Source: a virus
Taxonomy: Duplodnaviria; Caudoviricetes
Reading direction: 5' to 3' (one strand)
Length of the DNA: 35,224 bases
Virus record (IMG/VR): IMGVR_UViG_3300016666_000320
Span: 1-35,224 of that record
The translations under genes were made by a program, and so were the position numbers. Positions 6,818 through 15,543 of the stretch are shown here, piece after piece. The notes under the pieces were generated by a model. That model searched no databases and was not told where the DNA came from. It saw only the letters and a program-made list of their open reading frames with translations. Each line of letters starts with the position of its first letter. The first letter of the stretch is position 1.

Positions 6818-6981
6818 TGTCAGGTGGCCAGCGTTACGCATGCCTACCTATACGTCAGGATGACGTTATGACCGCCAGTCTTGAGCCGGCGACCCGTAAC
6901 GTGCGCTCCACCCTTTACCTAAACAACATAACGACCGCGCTGGCTTTCTACACCCCGTCTCAAAATATTTTTCCAAGACAT

Positions 6982-7004
6982 AAAAAAACCCGCTCAGTGG
7001 CGGG
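6982..7004 (-). terminator. Terminator ending the late operon
   Basis: CCCGC stem plus T7 tract after the last tail gene. Confidence 0.75.
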
Positions 7005-7048
7005 AACGGACAGGATCGTATAGTTAGATCAGAGCGGTCTGACAACCA

Positions 7049-7951
7049 TCAAGGAAGTGTCGAAGGGGCGGTGAAGGTATCGCCGTAGAACTTGCCACCC
7101 GGAGCGAATGCCTCCAGGAACAGCGCGTAGTCCAGCGCCTCGACCTCGGCATACGTGCGCCCGGAGACGGTCAGGTCTTCGGCGTAGGCCCGGTAAATGA
7201 TTCGGCTCGGGCAGACGTTGAAGTTGAGGCTGTTCCAACCGCCGAACGCACCCACGCCCAACTGAATCCGATCCGCCGCGATAGGCGCGTTCCCCACGAA
7301 ACCCTCAACACCGATCGAGCCGAAACGCTTCATTGGCACAACAATAGAGGCGCCCGTGTGGTCGGTGTAGGTGGGAACTGCCTTAACCCCTCGGAACGAC
7401 GGAGCGCTGGCGAACCCAGGACTCGGCACCCCACCCTGCATATGGAACAGATGGTTCGTGGTCGCGCCAAGGCCGTTAGTGAAGTGGAACGGCGACTGAG
7501 CGGCTGACGAAGCCAGGCCGGCCCGAGTAATCAGACTCCACAGGGAGAAGTAATATTGGTGGGTCGGATGCGCCAAGATGTAATCGCTGACCGCCTTAGG
7601 GCCATCCAGCGAGTAGCTTTCGGCAGCCGTCTGGCCGCCGCCTTGGGTGACGATGCCATGAATGCCCCCCTTTGGCGTGCGTTCTGACTTGAACTGTGCC
7701 GAGTTCGGACGGGCCGTTTTTACCTTGAAGTCAAGGTCTGCACCCACGCCCCCGGTAAGCGCTTTGGATAGATTAGACAGGGCGTTTGGCACCAGAGCAT
7801 CAACGATAGGCAGGCCCGCAAAGCCCCCAAACTCATGATTGCCGTCGAACAGCATCAGCGAGCCCGACGACTCGATTTTATCCCGCGTAACGATTTTAGG
7901 GGCCGTGGCGTCGGTGAGCGTCACACCGTGCAAGCGCAGTAATTTAGCCAT
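7049..7951 (-). CDS. Tailspike-associated protein (300 aa)
   Basis: Starts MAKLLRL one base after the SGNH gene stop; Gly/Phe-rich, beta-like; last late gene. Confidence 0.7.
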   Translation of the reverse strand: MAKLLRLHGVTLTDATAPKIVTRDKIESSGSLMLFDGNHEFGGFAGLPIVDALVPNALSNLSKALTGGVGADLDFKVKTARPNSAQFKSERTPKGGIHGIVTQGGGQTAAESYSLDGPKAVSDYILAHPTHQYYFSLWSLITRAGLASSAAQSPFHFTNGLGATTNHLFHMQGGVPSPGFASAPSFRGVKAVPTYTDHTGASIVVPMKRFGSIGVEGFVGNAPIAADRIQLGVGAFGGWNSLNFNVCPSRIIYRAYAEDLTVSGRTYAEVEALDYALFLEAFAPGGKFYGDTFTAPSTLP

Positions 7952-7952
7952 G

Positions 7953-9785
7953 TTAGATCCACTCCAGTTCGATGATTCGTTGAAAAACAATATTTGCCAA
8001 GATGGTGTAACCGGGAGCCAGCCAGTGCACGCCGTCAAAGCGCAGTGAGGTCGGTACGGTGCCGCTGGCCATGTCGGCGTTGTCTTGCGCCGTGGGGGCA
8101 ATTCCCGCGTCAGCCAGGCCGTACTTGACCAGGTACTGACGGATCGGAATAAAGCGGCGGCCAAACTCGGCGAACCACGCAGCATCATCGACGTCCGAAG
8201 TGCTGCTTCCCCCAGGCTTGGAAATCACCAGGTAGCGCTTATCCAGCGCGGTCATACGCTGGATGATCGCTTTGGCGTCCTGAATCGCCCGCACGTCATT
8301 CGGGCCGTTTTGCCCGATCCAGATGATCGTAATGTCACCCCGGGCCTGATCGCCGATGTCCAGGTAAAGCGGCAGCGGACGGTTGGCGATAACTTCGGGG
8401 CCGGCCGTAGTGCGGGTGAAAAAGTAGGTGTAGACGGTATCCAGCACCGTGCGCGAGAACGTCCCTGGCACATTGCCCAGGCGGCCGGTGTAACTAGAAG
8501 CCCCCTGCATCAGTGGCTTTGTCACCTGCCCATTGATGGCTTGCAGGGTGATTTCAAACGCCGTGGTAGTCGCCGGAATAACCCCACCCACGGGCAGCGC
8601 GATAAACGGATTGCCACCGGCACGGGCGCAAATGGTCGGGGCGTTTTCACCGCCCACCCCGCGATTGAAAACAGTGCTGGTATACCCGGCCGCCGTTAGC
8701 AGACTTTGCAAGACAGCAGGATACGTGGTGCCACCGCCGCCCGCGCCCGCCGTCATCGAATCGCCCCAACAGGTGATATTCGGGCCAGAGACAATACCCA
8801 GAGCACCCTTGGCGCCGGACTGGTACGTGGCAGGGGCCTCGCCCAACCCCCCCGGCAGTTTCTCGACAATGGCGTCGATAGCGTGTTGGGTTGGCTTGCC
8901 GTCCTTGCCAGCCTCCACCCAGGTGCGGCGCCCGGCATCATCCACCACCGCGAAGGACAGGTCATTCAGAGCTGAAAGTGCTTCGATGCCGACTGCATCA
9001 ATGGACTCAGCAACAGCTTTAGCAGCAACGCCCTCGGCCAGGGCGGGGGCGTTTTCGACAGTCAACACTTCGCCGATTTTCTCGGCCGCGTGAGCACTCG
9101 GCCCTCCGTCCTTGCCCACCTCCACCCAGGTTCGGCGCCCGGCATCATCCACCACCGCGAAGGCCAAATCATTCAGTGTTGAAAGCGCTTCTATGCCGAC
9201 TTCATCAACGGCTTTAGCCGCGACCCCCTCAGCAAGCCCGGGGGCGTTCTCAGCGGTCAGCACTTCGCCGATCTTCTCGGCCGCGTGAGCGCTCGGCCGA
9301 CCATCCTTTCCCGCCTCAATCCATGTGCGGCGGCCTTCATCATCCACCACCGCGAAGGCCAGGCCCGAGACGGCGCTGGATTGATCTTCAATACCGATTT
9401 CTTCGACCGCCTTCGCATTGGGGTAGGTATCTTGATAAACCGCCACACCCGCCGTGTTCCGCCATGAAATTAAATACCCTTTCGACGCTGGGCTGGGAGT
9501 ACTGAAGTAACCACCATCTACCGTTTTCAATAGCCCCAGTTCAGTCGTGTCGTAGGTCGCGGCCCCTGCTAGCTGTGAGGCCACTTCGGTCAGCACGGCA
9601 GTAACCTTTTCTTGGCCCTGCACCACTTGTTTGGCCAGCGACGGCACCAGGCCGGACTCGGTGAGCACATCCGTCGCGGCGCTACCGTGGATGTATTCGT
9701 GCTGCTTGCCAGCCGCAGCCGTGGACATCACCGCCGCCTCCGCGACCTGACCAGCCCAGGCCTCCAGCGCTGAAATATCTGTCAT
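7953..9785 (-). CDS. Tailspike/receptor-binding protein with SGNH esterase domain
   Basis: N-terminal tail-attachment-like region, three internal repeats, and SGNH blocks WGDSMT, RGVGGE, WIGQN and DGVH. Confidence 0.8.
   Translation of the reverse strand: MTDISALEAWAGQVAEAAVMSTAAAGKQHEYIHGSAATDVLTESGLVPSLAKQVVQGQEKVTAVLTEVASQLAGAATYDTTELGLLKTVDGGYFSTPSPASKGYLISWRNTAGVAVYQDTYPNAKAVEEIGIEDQSSAVSGLAFAVVDDEGRRTWIEAGKDGRPSAHAAEKIGEVLTAENAPGLAEGVAAKAVDEVGIEALSTLNDLAFAVVDDAGRRTWVEVGKDGGPSAHAAEKIGEVLTVENAPALAEGVAAKAVAESIDAVGIEALSALNDLSFAVVDDAGRRTWVEAGKDGKPTQHAIDAIVEKLPGGLGEAPATYQSGAKGALGIVSGPNITCWGDSMTAGAGGGGTTYPAVLQSLLTAAGYTSTVFNRGVGGENAPTICARAGGNPFIALPVGGVIPATTTAFEITLQAINGQVTKPLMQGASSYTGRLGNVPGTFSRTVLDTVYTYFFTRTTAGPEVIANRPLPLYLDIGDQARGDITIIWIGQNGPNDVRAIQDAKAIIQRMTALDKRYLVISKPGGSSTSDVDDAAWFAEFGRRFIPIRQYLVKYGLADAGIAPTAQDNADMASGTVPTSLRFDGVHWLAPGYTILANIVFQRIIELEWI
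8880..9400 (-). repeat. Three intragenic repeats (195 and 207 nt period) encoding FAVVDDxGRRTW(I/V)ExGKDG
   Basis: Anchor CATCCACCACCGCGAAGG at 8939, 9146 and 9341. Confidence 0.85.
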
Positions 9786-9803
9786 GCATGTTTCTCCAGG
9801 CGT

Positions 9804-9824
9804 AAAAAAACCCGCAGGGCGGGT
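9804..9824 (-). terminator. Internal terminator before the tailspike
   Basis: AACCCGC...GCGGGTT stem plus T tract. Confidence 0.65.
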
Positions 9825-9869
9825 TGGGTGTTCTTTGAAGGGGGGCTGCTTCTCGGTGGTGGATACGGG

Positions 9870-10598
9870 TTAATACCCAGGGGCTCGACCGAGTGCGCGC
9901 CAGTGAATCGTGGCGCCAAAGCCACTGGTGTCATTGAACAGGCGGTATTGCGTGGCGTTGATAGCCTGCGCACCGGCAGCGTTGGCATCGCCATCCACGG
10001 AGTTAGGGGTGATTTTATTGCCAAAGCAGTTGTAGACCTCGGCAAACGGCGTGGGGAAGGCGATGGCGCCGGTCGCACTGTCAGGCGGGCAATAACCTTC
10101 CCCCCACTGCTCCAGCAACCCGGTGGCCTTGTCCAGGCGCCAACCGTTAACCCCCAGTGACGCAGTGTTTTTGTCTTGCTTGGTCGCCGCCAGGTTATCA
10201 ATCTGGGTTTGCTTGGCGGCCAGCAGCGCGTTCACCGCTGCCTGGGTATACGCATCACCGATGCCATAGCCGGCCAGAGTGATCGCAAGGTTGGCTTTCT
10301 TCGACAGCAGGAAGTCGGCCTCATTCCTCGTATACGCATCCAGAATGCCGTAACCGGCCAATGTAGTGGCCTTTAGCGGATAAGCCGCGCCAAAGGCCTG
10401 TATGGCCTTGAGCAACTGCGTGTTGTCGTCGGCATCCAGTTCGGGCAGGTAAGCCAGGATAAAGTTGGCCAACTCTTCCTGAACCATGTTCAACCACTCG
10501 GCTTTGAGCGGCGTGGGCGCCACGCCACCGGTCACGGTGCCGTAACGAAACAGCCCCAACGCCGCGACCAGTTCGGTCCAGCTGGAAATTCTTTGCAT
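9870..10598 (-). CDS. Short tail fiber protein
   Basis: AEWLNMVQEEL N-terminus, two TLAGYGIxDAYT repeats and a gp53-like LLEQWG...FPTPF C-terminal domain. Confidence 0.85.
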   Translation of the reverse strand: MQRISSWTELVAALGLFRYGTVTGGVAPTPLKAEWLNMVQEELANFILAYLPELDADDNTQLLKAIQAFGAAYPLKATTLAGYGILDAYTRNEADFLLSKKANLAITLAGYGIGDAYTQAAVNALLAAKQTQIDNLAATKQDKNTASLGVNGWRLDKATGLLEQWGEGYCPPDSATGAIAFPTPFAEVYNCFGNKITPNSVDGDANAAGAQAINATQYRLFNDTSGFGATIHWRALGRAPGY

Positions 10599-10599
10599 G

Positions 10600-11250
10600 C
10601 TACAAGTCCTCGATGCCAGCTACGGCCGCCGGCACCACGTAATGAATGGCGTTGAACAGTTGATCAACCTGCAGCGCAATGCTCGCGACCACCTCTTGGC
10701 CAAAGCCCAGCACCACATCGGTGTATTCCGGGGCATCCCTCTGCAGTCGGCAGTCCAACGTCGCCGCCGCCTCAGTCCCGTAAGCCTCTACAGGCGCCGA
10801 CGCAATCCAGCTCCAGGGCCAGGCAGCGCCATAGAGGAAGTCGCCCACGCTGGTCGAGCCAACCCGGGCCGGGCGGAATTCATCAATCTGGATCGGGATA
10901 CCACTCTGCCCCCCAAGCTTGCGGTAGTAGCTCAACTGGGGCGCGCCGGTGGCTGTCAGCTTGTCGATCACCGCCGCGCGGCGCTCTTCAGGGGTCTGAG
11001 AACCCGGCACCACACACACGTCCGGCAGGCCTAAGTAACCCTCCCATACCGGCAATAGCACAGTCGCGGTAGCCGGGTTCAACTCCAGCAACAGCGCCTC
11101 GCCATTGCCATCTGCCCGGGCCAGCTCAGGGGCCAGCGCTGCCATCGTCTGCGCTACATCTGGCTGCAGCTCCAGATCGAACGCAGGCCCCGGCGGTAAA
11201 AGCTGCTGCAGCTGCTGCAAGTAGCTCGCCTCGGTGTCGATCAAGCCCAT
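10600..11250 (-). CDS. Baseplate wedge protein (Mu gp48/YmfQ-like)
   Basis: YLQQLQQLLPPGPAF...LLPVWEGYLGLPD motif; synteny. Confidence 0.85.
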   Translation of the reverse strand: MGLIDTEASYLQQLQQLLPPGPAFDLELQPDVAQTMAALAPELARADGNGEALLLELNPATATVLLPVWEGYLGLPDVCVVPGSQTPEERRAAVIDKLTATGAPQLSYYRKLGGQSGIPIQIDEFRPARVGSTSVGDFLYGAAWPWSWIASAPVEAYGTEAAATLDCRLQRDAPEYTDVVLGFGQEVVASIALQVDQLFNAIHYVVPAAVAGIEDL

Positions 11251-12284
11251 GTGAACACCCCCGGCACTGCCACTTGGTTAGGCCCCATCACCACGTCAGC
11301 CGCTGGCTCAATCAGCACATGGTCAGTTTCTCCCGGGGTATTGCTGATCGCCGAGCCCACATGCGTTTTCAGTAGCGTTTCACCCGGCCCGCCTTCGTCA
11401 TCAATCAGAACGCGCAGCGACTGCTCAACAGCGGCGCGCAACGCCGTGCTGTCAGGCGTGAGCCGTAGAGTGAAATTCAGGGGGCGAGCTTCTGCAGCCA
11501 GGGCATAGACCTCTGACGTAACCGGGCGTTTCTTGTCCAGATAAGCCTGTACCACGGCCACTTGGGCAGCGGTGGGAATGATCTCGGGATCGCCGTCACG
11601 CACGAATGCCAGCCCAAAGGTGCCCGGCCCCATCCACCGTGGTAACGCCCATGCCCGGGTGACGCCCGGCACCTGCAAGGCCCACTCCACAAAGTCCTCA
11701 CCGTTGCCGACCTTACTGGGGTTTTTAAACGCGGCTTTGACCCGCGCACGCAGCGCCTCGATGCTTTCCTTTTCCGCACCACCCACGATGCCATCCGGCC
11801 CTATCACTGCCTCGGGGTTCACGCCCAGCACAGGGGTGGCCGCCGTCAGGGTTCCGGCCTCGATGTTGCCCAGCGTTCCAACGTCCTCTGCCACCACCTT
11901 TAAAGTGGCCCCTCCAGCCACCAGCGTGACCGGCTCGGCGACCACATAATGTCGGCCATCTTTAGACCGATAACGCTGGCCAGCGTCCACCAGGGCGCCA
12001 CTCGATCCCGCCACAGTCGCAAACCCTTCAGCAGCAACAGCCGGGGTTGGGCCATCATCCAGGCGCCAATCGGCCCAACTCAGCAACATGGCTTCGTCGC
12101 AGGTCGCAGGATTGGACTGGCGGGCAATCCAGTCCTGATAGCCATACAGCTCATACACCGCACCACTCAGCGCGCGGGCGGCCACCTTGGCATCAGCCCG
12201 ACGCAGCGCGTCCGGGGCGTTGCGCTCAAAGTCAGCCTCCGTCCGCTTGATCAGCGCCGGCAGCGTCGGAATCTCATACCGCAT
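11241..12284 (-). CDS. Baseplate J-like protein (Mu gp47)
   Basis: GGAEKESIEALRAR and WALQVPGVTRAW motifs. Confidence 0.9.
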   Translation of the reverse strand: MRYEIPTLPALIKRTEADFERNAPDALRRADAKVAARALSGAVYELYGYQDWIARQSNPATCDEAMLLSWADWRLDDGPTPAVAAEGFATVAGSSGALVDAGQRYRSKDGRHYVVAEPVTLVAGGATLKVVAEDVGTLGNIEAGTLTAATPVLGVNPEAVIGPDGIVGGAEKESIEALRARVKAAFKNPSKVGNGEDFVEWALQVPGVTRAWALPRWMGPGTFGLAFVRDGDPEIIPTAAQVAVVQAYLDKKRPVTSEVYALAAEARPLNFTLRLTPDSTALRAAVEQSLRVLIDDEGGPGETLLKTHVGSAISNTPGETDHVLIEPAADVVMGPNQVAVPGVFTWA

Positions 12285-12660
12285 TGATCAGCCCCCATGT
12301 GTCTTCAAAATTCAATTCCAGCGTCTCGCCGTTCTGCTCGGTCAGCATGACGCGCAGATTCATCCGGTCATTCCCTTGGCGCTCAGCCGTTACGGTAACG
12401 CTCGTGACCACTTCGTCATCCACCAACCAGGCCAGCGCTTCCTCGGCGTAGGACTGGGCATCCTTGAGCGTGTCGGCTACCAGCGTCCGGCGCTGCAGCA
12501 GCCACAGCCGAGACCCAATTTTGTCGCCGGCAACGGATGGCACGCAGTCCGCCCACCAGCCTTTGCGGTCGCTATCATCCACGGCGTCATCCGGCCCTGC
12601 GCGGCGCCAGGTGAACAGACTGATCGTCACAGAGCGGCGCAATAAACCCTCTCGCGTCAT
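12274..12660 (-). CDS. Baseplate protein (Mu gp46)
   Basis: SLFTWRRA, GWWAD and GSRLWLL motifs. Confidence 0.9.
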   Translation of the reverse strand: MTREGLLRRSVTISLFTWRRAGPDDAVDDSDRKGWWADCVPSVAGDKIGSRLWLLQRRTLVADTLKDAQSYAEEALAWLVDDEVVTSVTVTAERQGNDRMNLRVMLTEQNGETLELNFEDTWGLINAV

Positions 12661-13172
12661 GCCTCACCCCCGACCGGCGGCCCGCTCTGCTTGTCGCCCT
12701 TTTCAACACCGTCATGCAGGTGCTCCATCTGACTGATCCCACCGGCAACCTGATCACCAGCGGACTCAATCCGGCCGCTGGCTCTGATCACCGGCGTCTC
12801 AAAGTTCACCGAGTCCGACGCCTTGACGTTCAGCGTCACGGTCTCCAGATCGATGATCCGTCCACGCTTGAAGTGGAATTTGTCGCCTTCGTCGGTGTAC
12901 AGCGCCACCTCGCCCGGCTTGAGCCCCTGCAGCCGAAAACGCCGGTCGGCCACCACGATCACCACGCCATGACTACGATCACCCCCAATAAAGCCAGCCA
13001 GCGCCTCGGCGCCCGCCAAGGGGCAGGCTGTGAACCCGTAAGGCTCCAGGTGCTCCATGTTGTCTTTGACCTCTCCAGCCAAAAGCCGCAGCTGCAGGCT
13101 TTGCAGCTTGCTGGCCGAGTTACCCAAGGCCACCACCCCACGCGCCAGAATGTTCGCTAAGCCGTTTCTCAT
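12657..13172 (-). CDS. Baseplate spike (Mu gp45/gpV)
   Basis: EHLEPYGFT motif and C-terminal HxH (EHLH) metal site. Confidence 0.9.
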   Translation of the reverse strand: MRNGLANILARGVVALGNSASKLQSLQLRLLAGEVKDNMEHLEPYGFTACPLAGAEALAGFIGGDRSHGVVIVVADRRFRLQGLKPGEVALYTDEGDKFHFKRGRIIDLETVTLNVKASDSVNFETPVIRASGRIESAGDQVAGGISQMEHLHDGVEKGDKQSGPPVGGEA

Positions 13173-14281
13173 GGTGTGTAGTCCGCTGGAATGAGGTATT
13201 CGAAGTTGTCAGTCTTCTTGCCCTTCTTGAGCTTGCGCTTTTCGTAAGCGTCGTTCGGCTCAGGCAGGAAGGTTTCAGGCGGCGCCACGCTGATTTTTGC
13301 CGTGGTACCGCCCGACTCGCTCAGCTCGTAACTGATTTCACTGATCAACACGTCACGGTCTAAACCGATCAGGGGATCGATCAGCCGCGCGATCATGTTG
13401 TGCCGCCACAGCTCACCGCTGCTTTGCCGCCAACCTTGAAGCACGTATTCGACCGTCAAGGCCTTGCCGACCGCATTGGCCCGCTCCCACTCGACCCGGC
13501 CACGCGCAATGGCGTCGGTCGTCTGCCCTGATTGCTTGATGACTTTTACACGCCGGCGGCTGACCCGTTCGTCAAGAATCCGCGCCTCAACCTCAGTGGC
13601 CTCGGCCCCAAAGCTGTCATCGGTACCGCTGCGCTGGCCCTTGCTGACGTACTCGGAAAACACATTGGAGAAGTCCAGGTTGGCATTCCCGCTCAGGATA
13701 TTTTTCCCCAGCTCCAGGGTGTCAGTGGCGCGCCCTGCACTGCCCGGGCTGGCAATGACCAACCGTCCCTGTCCATCGTCCGTGCTGAACAACCGTGAAA
13801 TAGTCAGCAGTCGGTCGATGCTTTCAAACGCGGTTTCCCCGGGCTCAATCGTGTGGTCTTCAATGTTTAGCGTCGCCGTGGCGTCATTGATCACGGGAAT
13901 TTTGTACTCCCCGGCAATGGCGGCAACGATCTTTTGCACGCTTTGATTGCGCCACTGGCCGGGCGTGTTGATCGCCGCACAGTCCACCAGATCCGCCGTG
14001 CGCGAACGCCCGGTAATACTCAGGGTGATGGACTCACTGTCGTAGCGAATAGGCGAACCGAACACATAGCCCGTCAACAACAGATCCTGACCGATGCGCA
14101 CCTCAACCTCTTCGCCATGCTGAATCCTGACCGGGACCGGGCCACCGCCCGGCCATTGCCAAGTGATACCCAAGGTGAATTCCCGGGCCTGTCTTTCAAG
14201 GCCGGCACTGATACTGACGGCTTTCCAACCGCCGTAGTCGTGCCCGCCAACGCTCAGGGTGACGGTATTGGAATCATTCAT
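13169..14281 (-). CDS. Baseplate hub (Mu gpP/gp44)
   Basis: GGWKAVSI, GRSRTADLVDC and EPGETAFE motifs. Confidence 0.9.
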   Translation of the reverse strand: MNDSNTVTLSVGGHDYGGWKAVSISAGLERQAREFTLGITWQWPGGGPVPVRIQHGEEVEVRIGQDLLLTGYVFGSPIRYDSESITLSITGRSRTADLVDCAAINTPGQWRNQSVQKIVAAIAGEYKIPVINDATATLNIEDHTIEPGETAFESIDRLLTISRLFSTDDGQGRLVIASPGSAGRATDTLELGKNILSGNANLDFSNVFSEYVSKGQRSGTDDSFGAEATEVEARILDERVSRRRVKVIKQSGQTTDAIARGRVEWERANAVGKALTVEYVLQGWRQSSGELWRHNMIARLIDPLIGLDRDVLISEISYELSESGGTTAKISVAPPETFLPEPNDAYEKRKLKKGKKTDNFEYLIPADYTP

Positions 14282-14283
14282 AA

Positions 14284-15543
14284 TTAGGTTTTCGCTACTT
14301 GAAGTTCCGTCGCCGGCACAAATCCCGGGTGACGCACACGGTTACGCGAAACAATCTCGCCACTGCGAAGCGCATCGCCATACAACGCATGGGCCAGAAC
14401 GAGAGACGAAACTGTTTCAGCCGGCATATAAGCGCGCAGGCCTATCCCACTGCGTGCCACTTCGGTCAGGTGGCGATCAAGGGCAAGTCGCGCCCCGCTT
14501 AGCGCGCCAAAGTGTTCTGGCTGGCTGCCGCCGGCAACAGACCACAGCGCGTCACTGATGGCGTCCCGCACCTCTAAAACGTCGTCTGCAATCGGCACAT
14601 TTGTCACGGTAGAGCTACCCGCCTCAACAGTGGCGCCTTGCTGCGCCAGTTGCACATCGAGGTCGGCCGGATCTTTGACACCTTCGGCGACCGCTATCGG
14701 GACTTGGGCCATATCCAGCAACAAATCCAACAGCGCCGCATCCTGAACCAGTCCGATCACCGCCGTCTGAACCGCCGCCACATCTGCGTTATCCGTAACG
14801 GGCGCCGATGCTTGCAAAGACGACACCGCCGAAGCCTTAGAACTGCTGCCTGTAAACGAGCCATCGGCGCCGTAGCCGCTGAACGTGCGTTCAAGGCTGG
14901 AAATATCGCTCAACAGGCTGGCCGAGAACGCACCAGGTGCGTTAACGATCGCATAGACAAACGCATCCAAATCGCCCGCCAAAGTAGTAAATGGCTTAAG
15001 GAAGCCAATGCCAAAGGCGTGCGCACTGGATACCGCAGAACGCACGGCGTTGACACGCTGCCTCGCCAAATCGACGGTGCCCATTGCCGCGTTGAAACGG
15101 GCCTTCATTGACTCCAGCAAGGTCGGCGCCTGCTCAGCCAGCAAGCGCCGGGTATTAGGCGACTGCACCGGAAAGGCCAGCATCCCGTCAATAAACATCA
15201 AGCTAAAGCGCACCATGCCCAGCTCGTTACGAGCATGGGATACTTCGCAATCACCCGGCGTTACCGTCATACGCCCAAACCACGGGTGAACCAACTCGCC
15301 GGCCCCGGGCGTGTCCAGCGCCGTCAGCAGCTTGTCACGCTGCGAAAGGCAGTCATCCCCCACCACAAATCCGCTGAATTTGTATTCCCGCGTGCGCCGC
15401 CCCAGGTCTTCGACAAAGGGTTGGTCACGCTGGGGGAACTCATGCACTTGCGTGCGCCGCCCTACGTTTACGCTGTCGGCGTCCAGCCAGAACGGCACCC
15501 CCCGAAAGGAGGCGCCCTGCCTTCTATCGCGCCACTCACTCAT
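14284..15543 (-). CDS. DNA circularization protein (Mu gpN-like)
   Basis: ASFRGVPF, HEFPQRD, LVHPWFG motifs and C-terminal HPGFVP. Confidence 0.9.
   Translation of the reverse strand: MSEWRDRRQGASFRGVPFWLDADSVNVGRRTQVHEFPQRDQPFVEDLGRRTREYKFSGFVVGDDCLSQRDKLLTALDTPGAGELVHPWFGRMTVTPGDCEVSHARNELGMVRFSLMFIDGMLAFPVQSPNTRRLLAEQAPTLLESMKARFNAAMGTVDLARQRVNAVRSAVSSAHAFGIGFLKPFTTLAGDLDAFVYAIVNAPGAFSASLLSDISSLERTFSGYGADGSFTGSSSKASAVSSLQASAPVTDNADVAAVQTAVIGLVQDAALLDLLLDMAQVPIAVAEGVKDPADLDVQLAQQGATVEAGSSTVTNVPIADDVLEVRDAISDALWSVAGGSQPEHFGALSGARLALDRHLTEVARSGIGLRAYMPAETVSSLVLAHALYGDALRSGEIVSRNRVRHPGFVPATELQVAKT

Noticed and set aside
6817-7023. 68-aa + strand ORF after the SOS box
   Set aside because: No RBS or recognisable motif, and it runs through the terminator hairpin; the - strand 60-aa gene is better supported.
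7049-10598. DGR or invertible tail-fiber system
   Set aside because: No reverse transcriptase or serine invertase; the repeats are in-frame and not adenine-specific variants.
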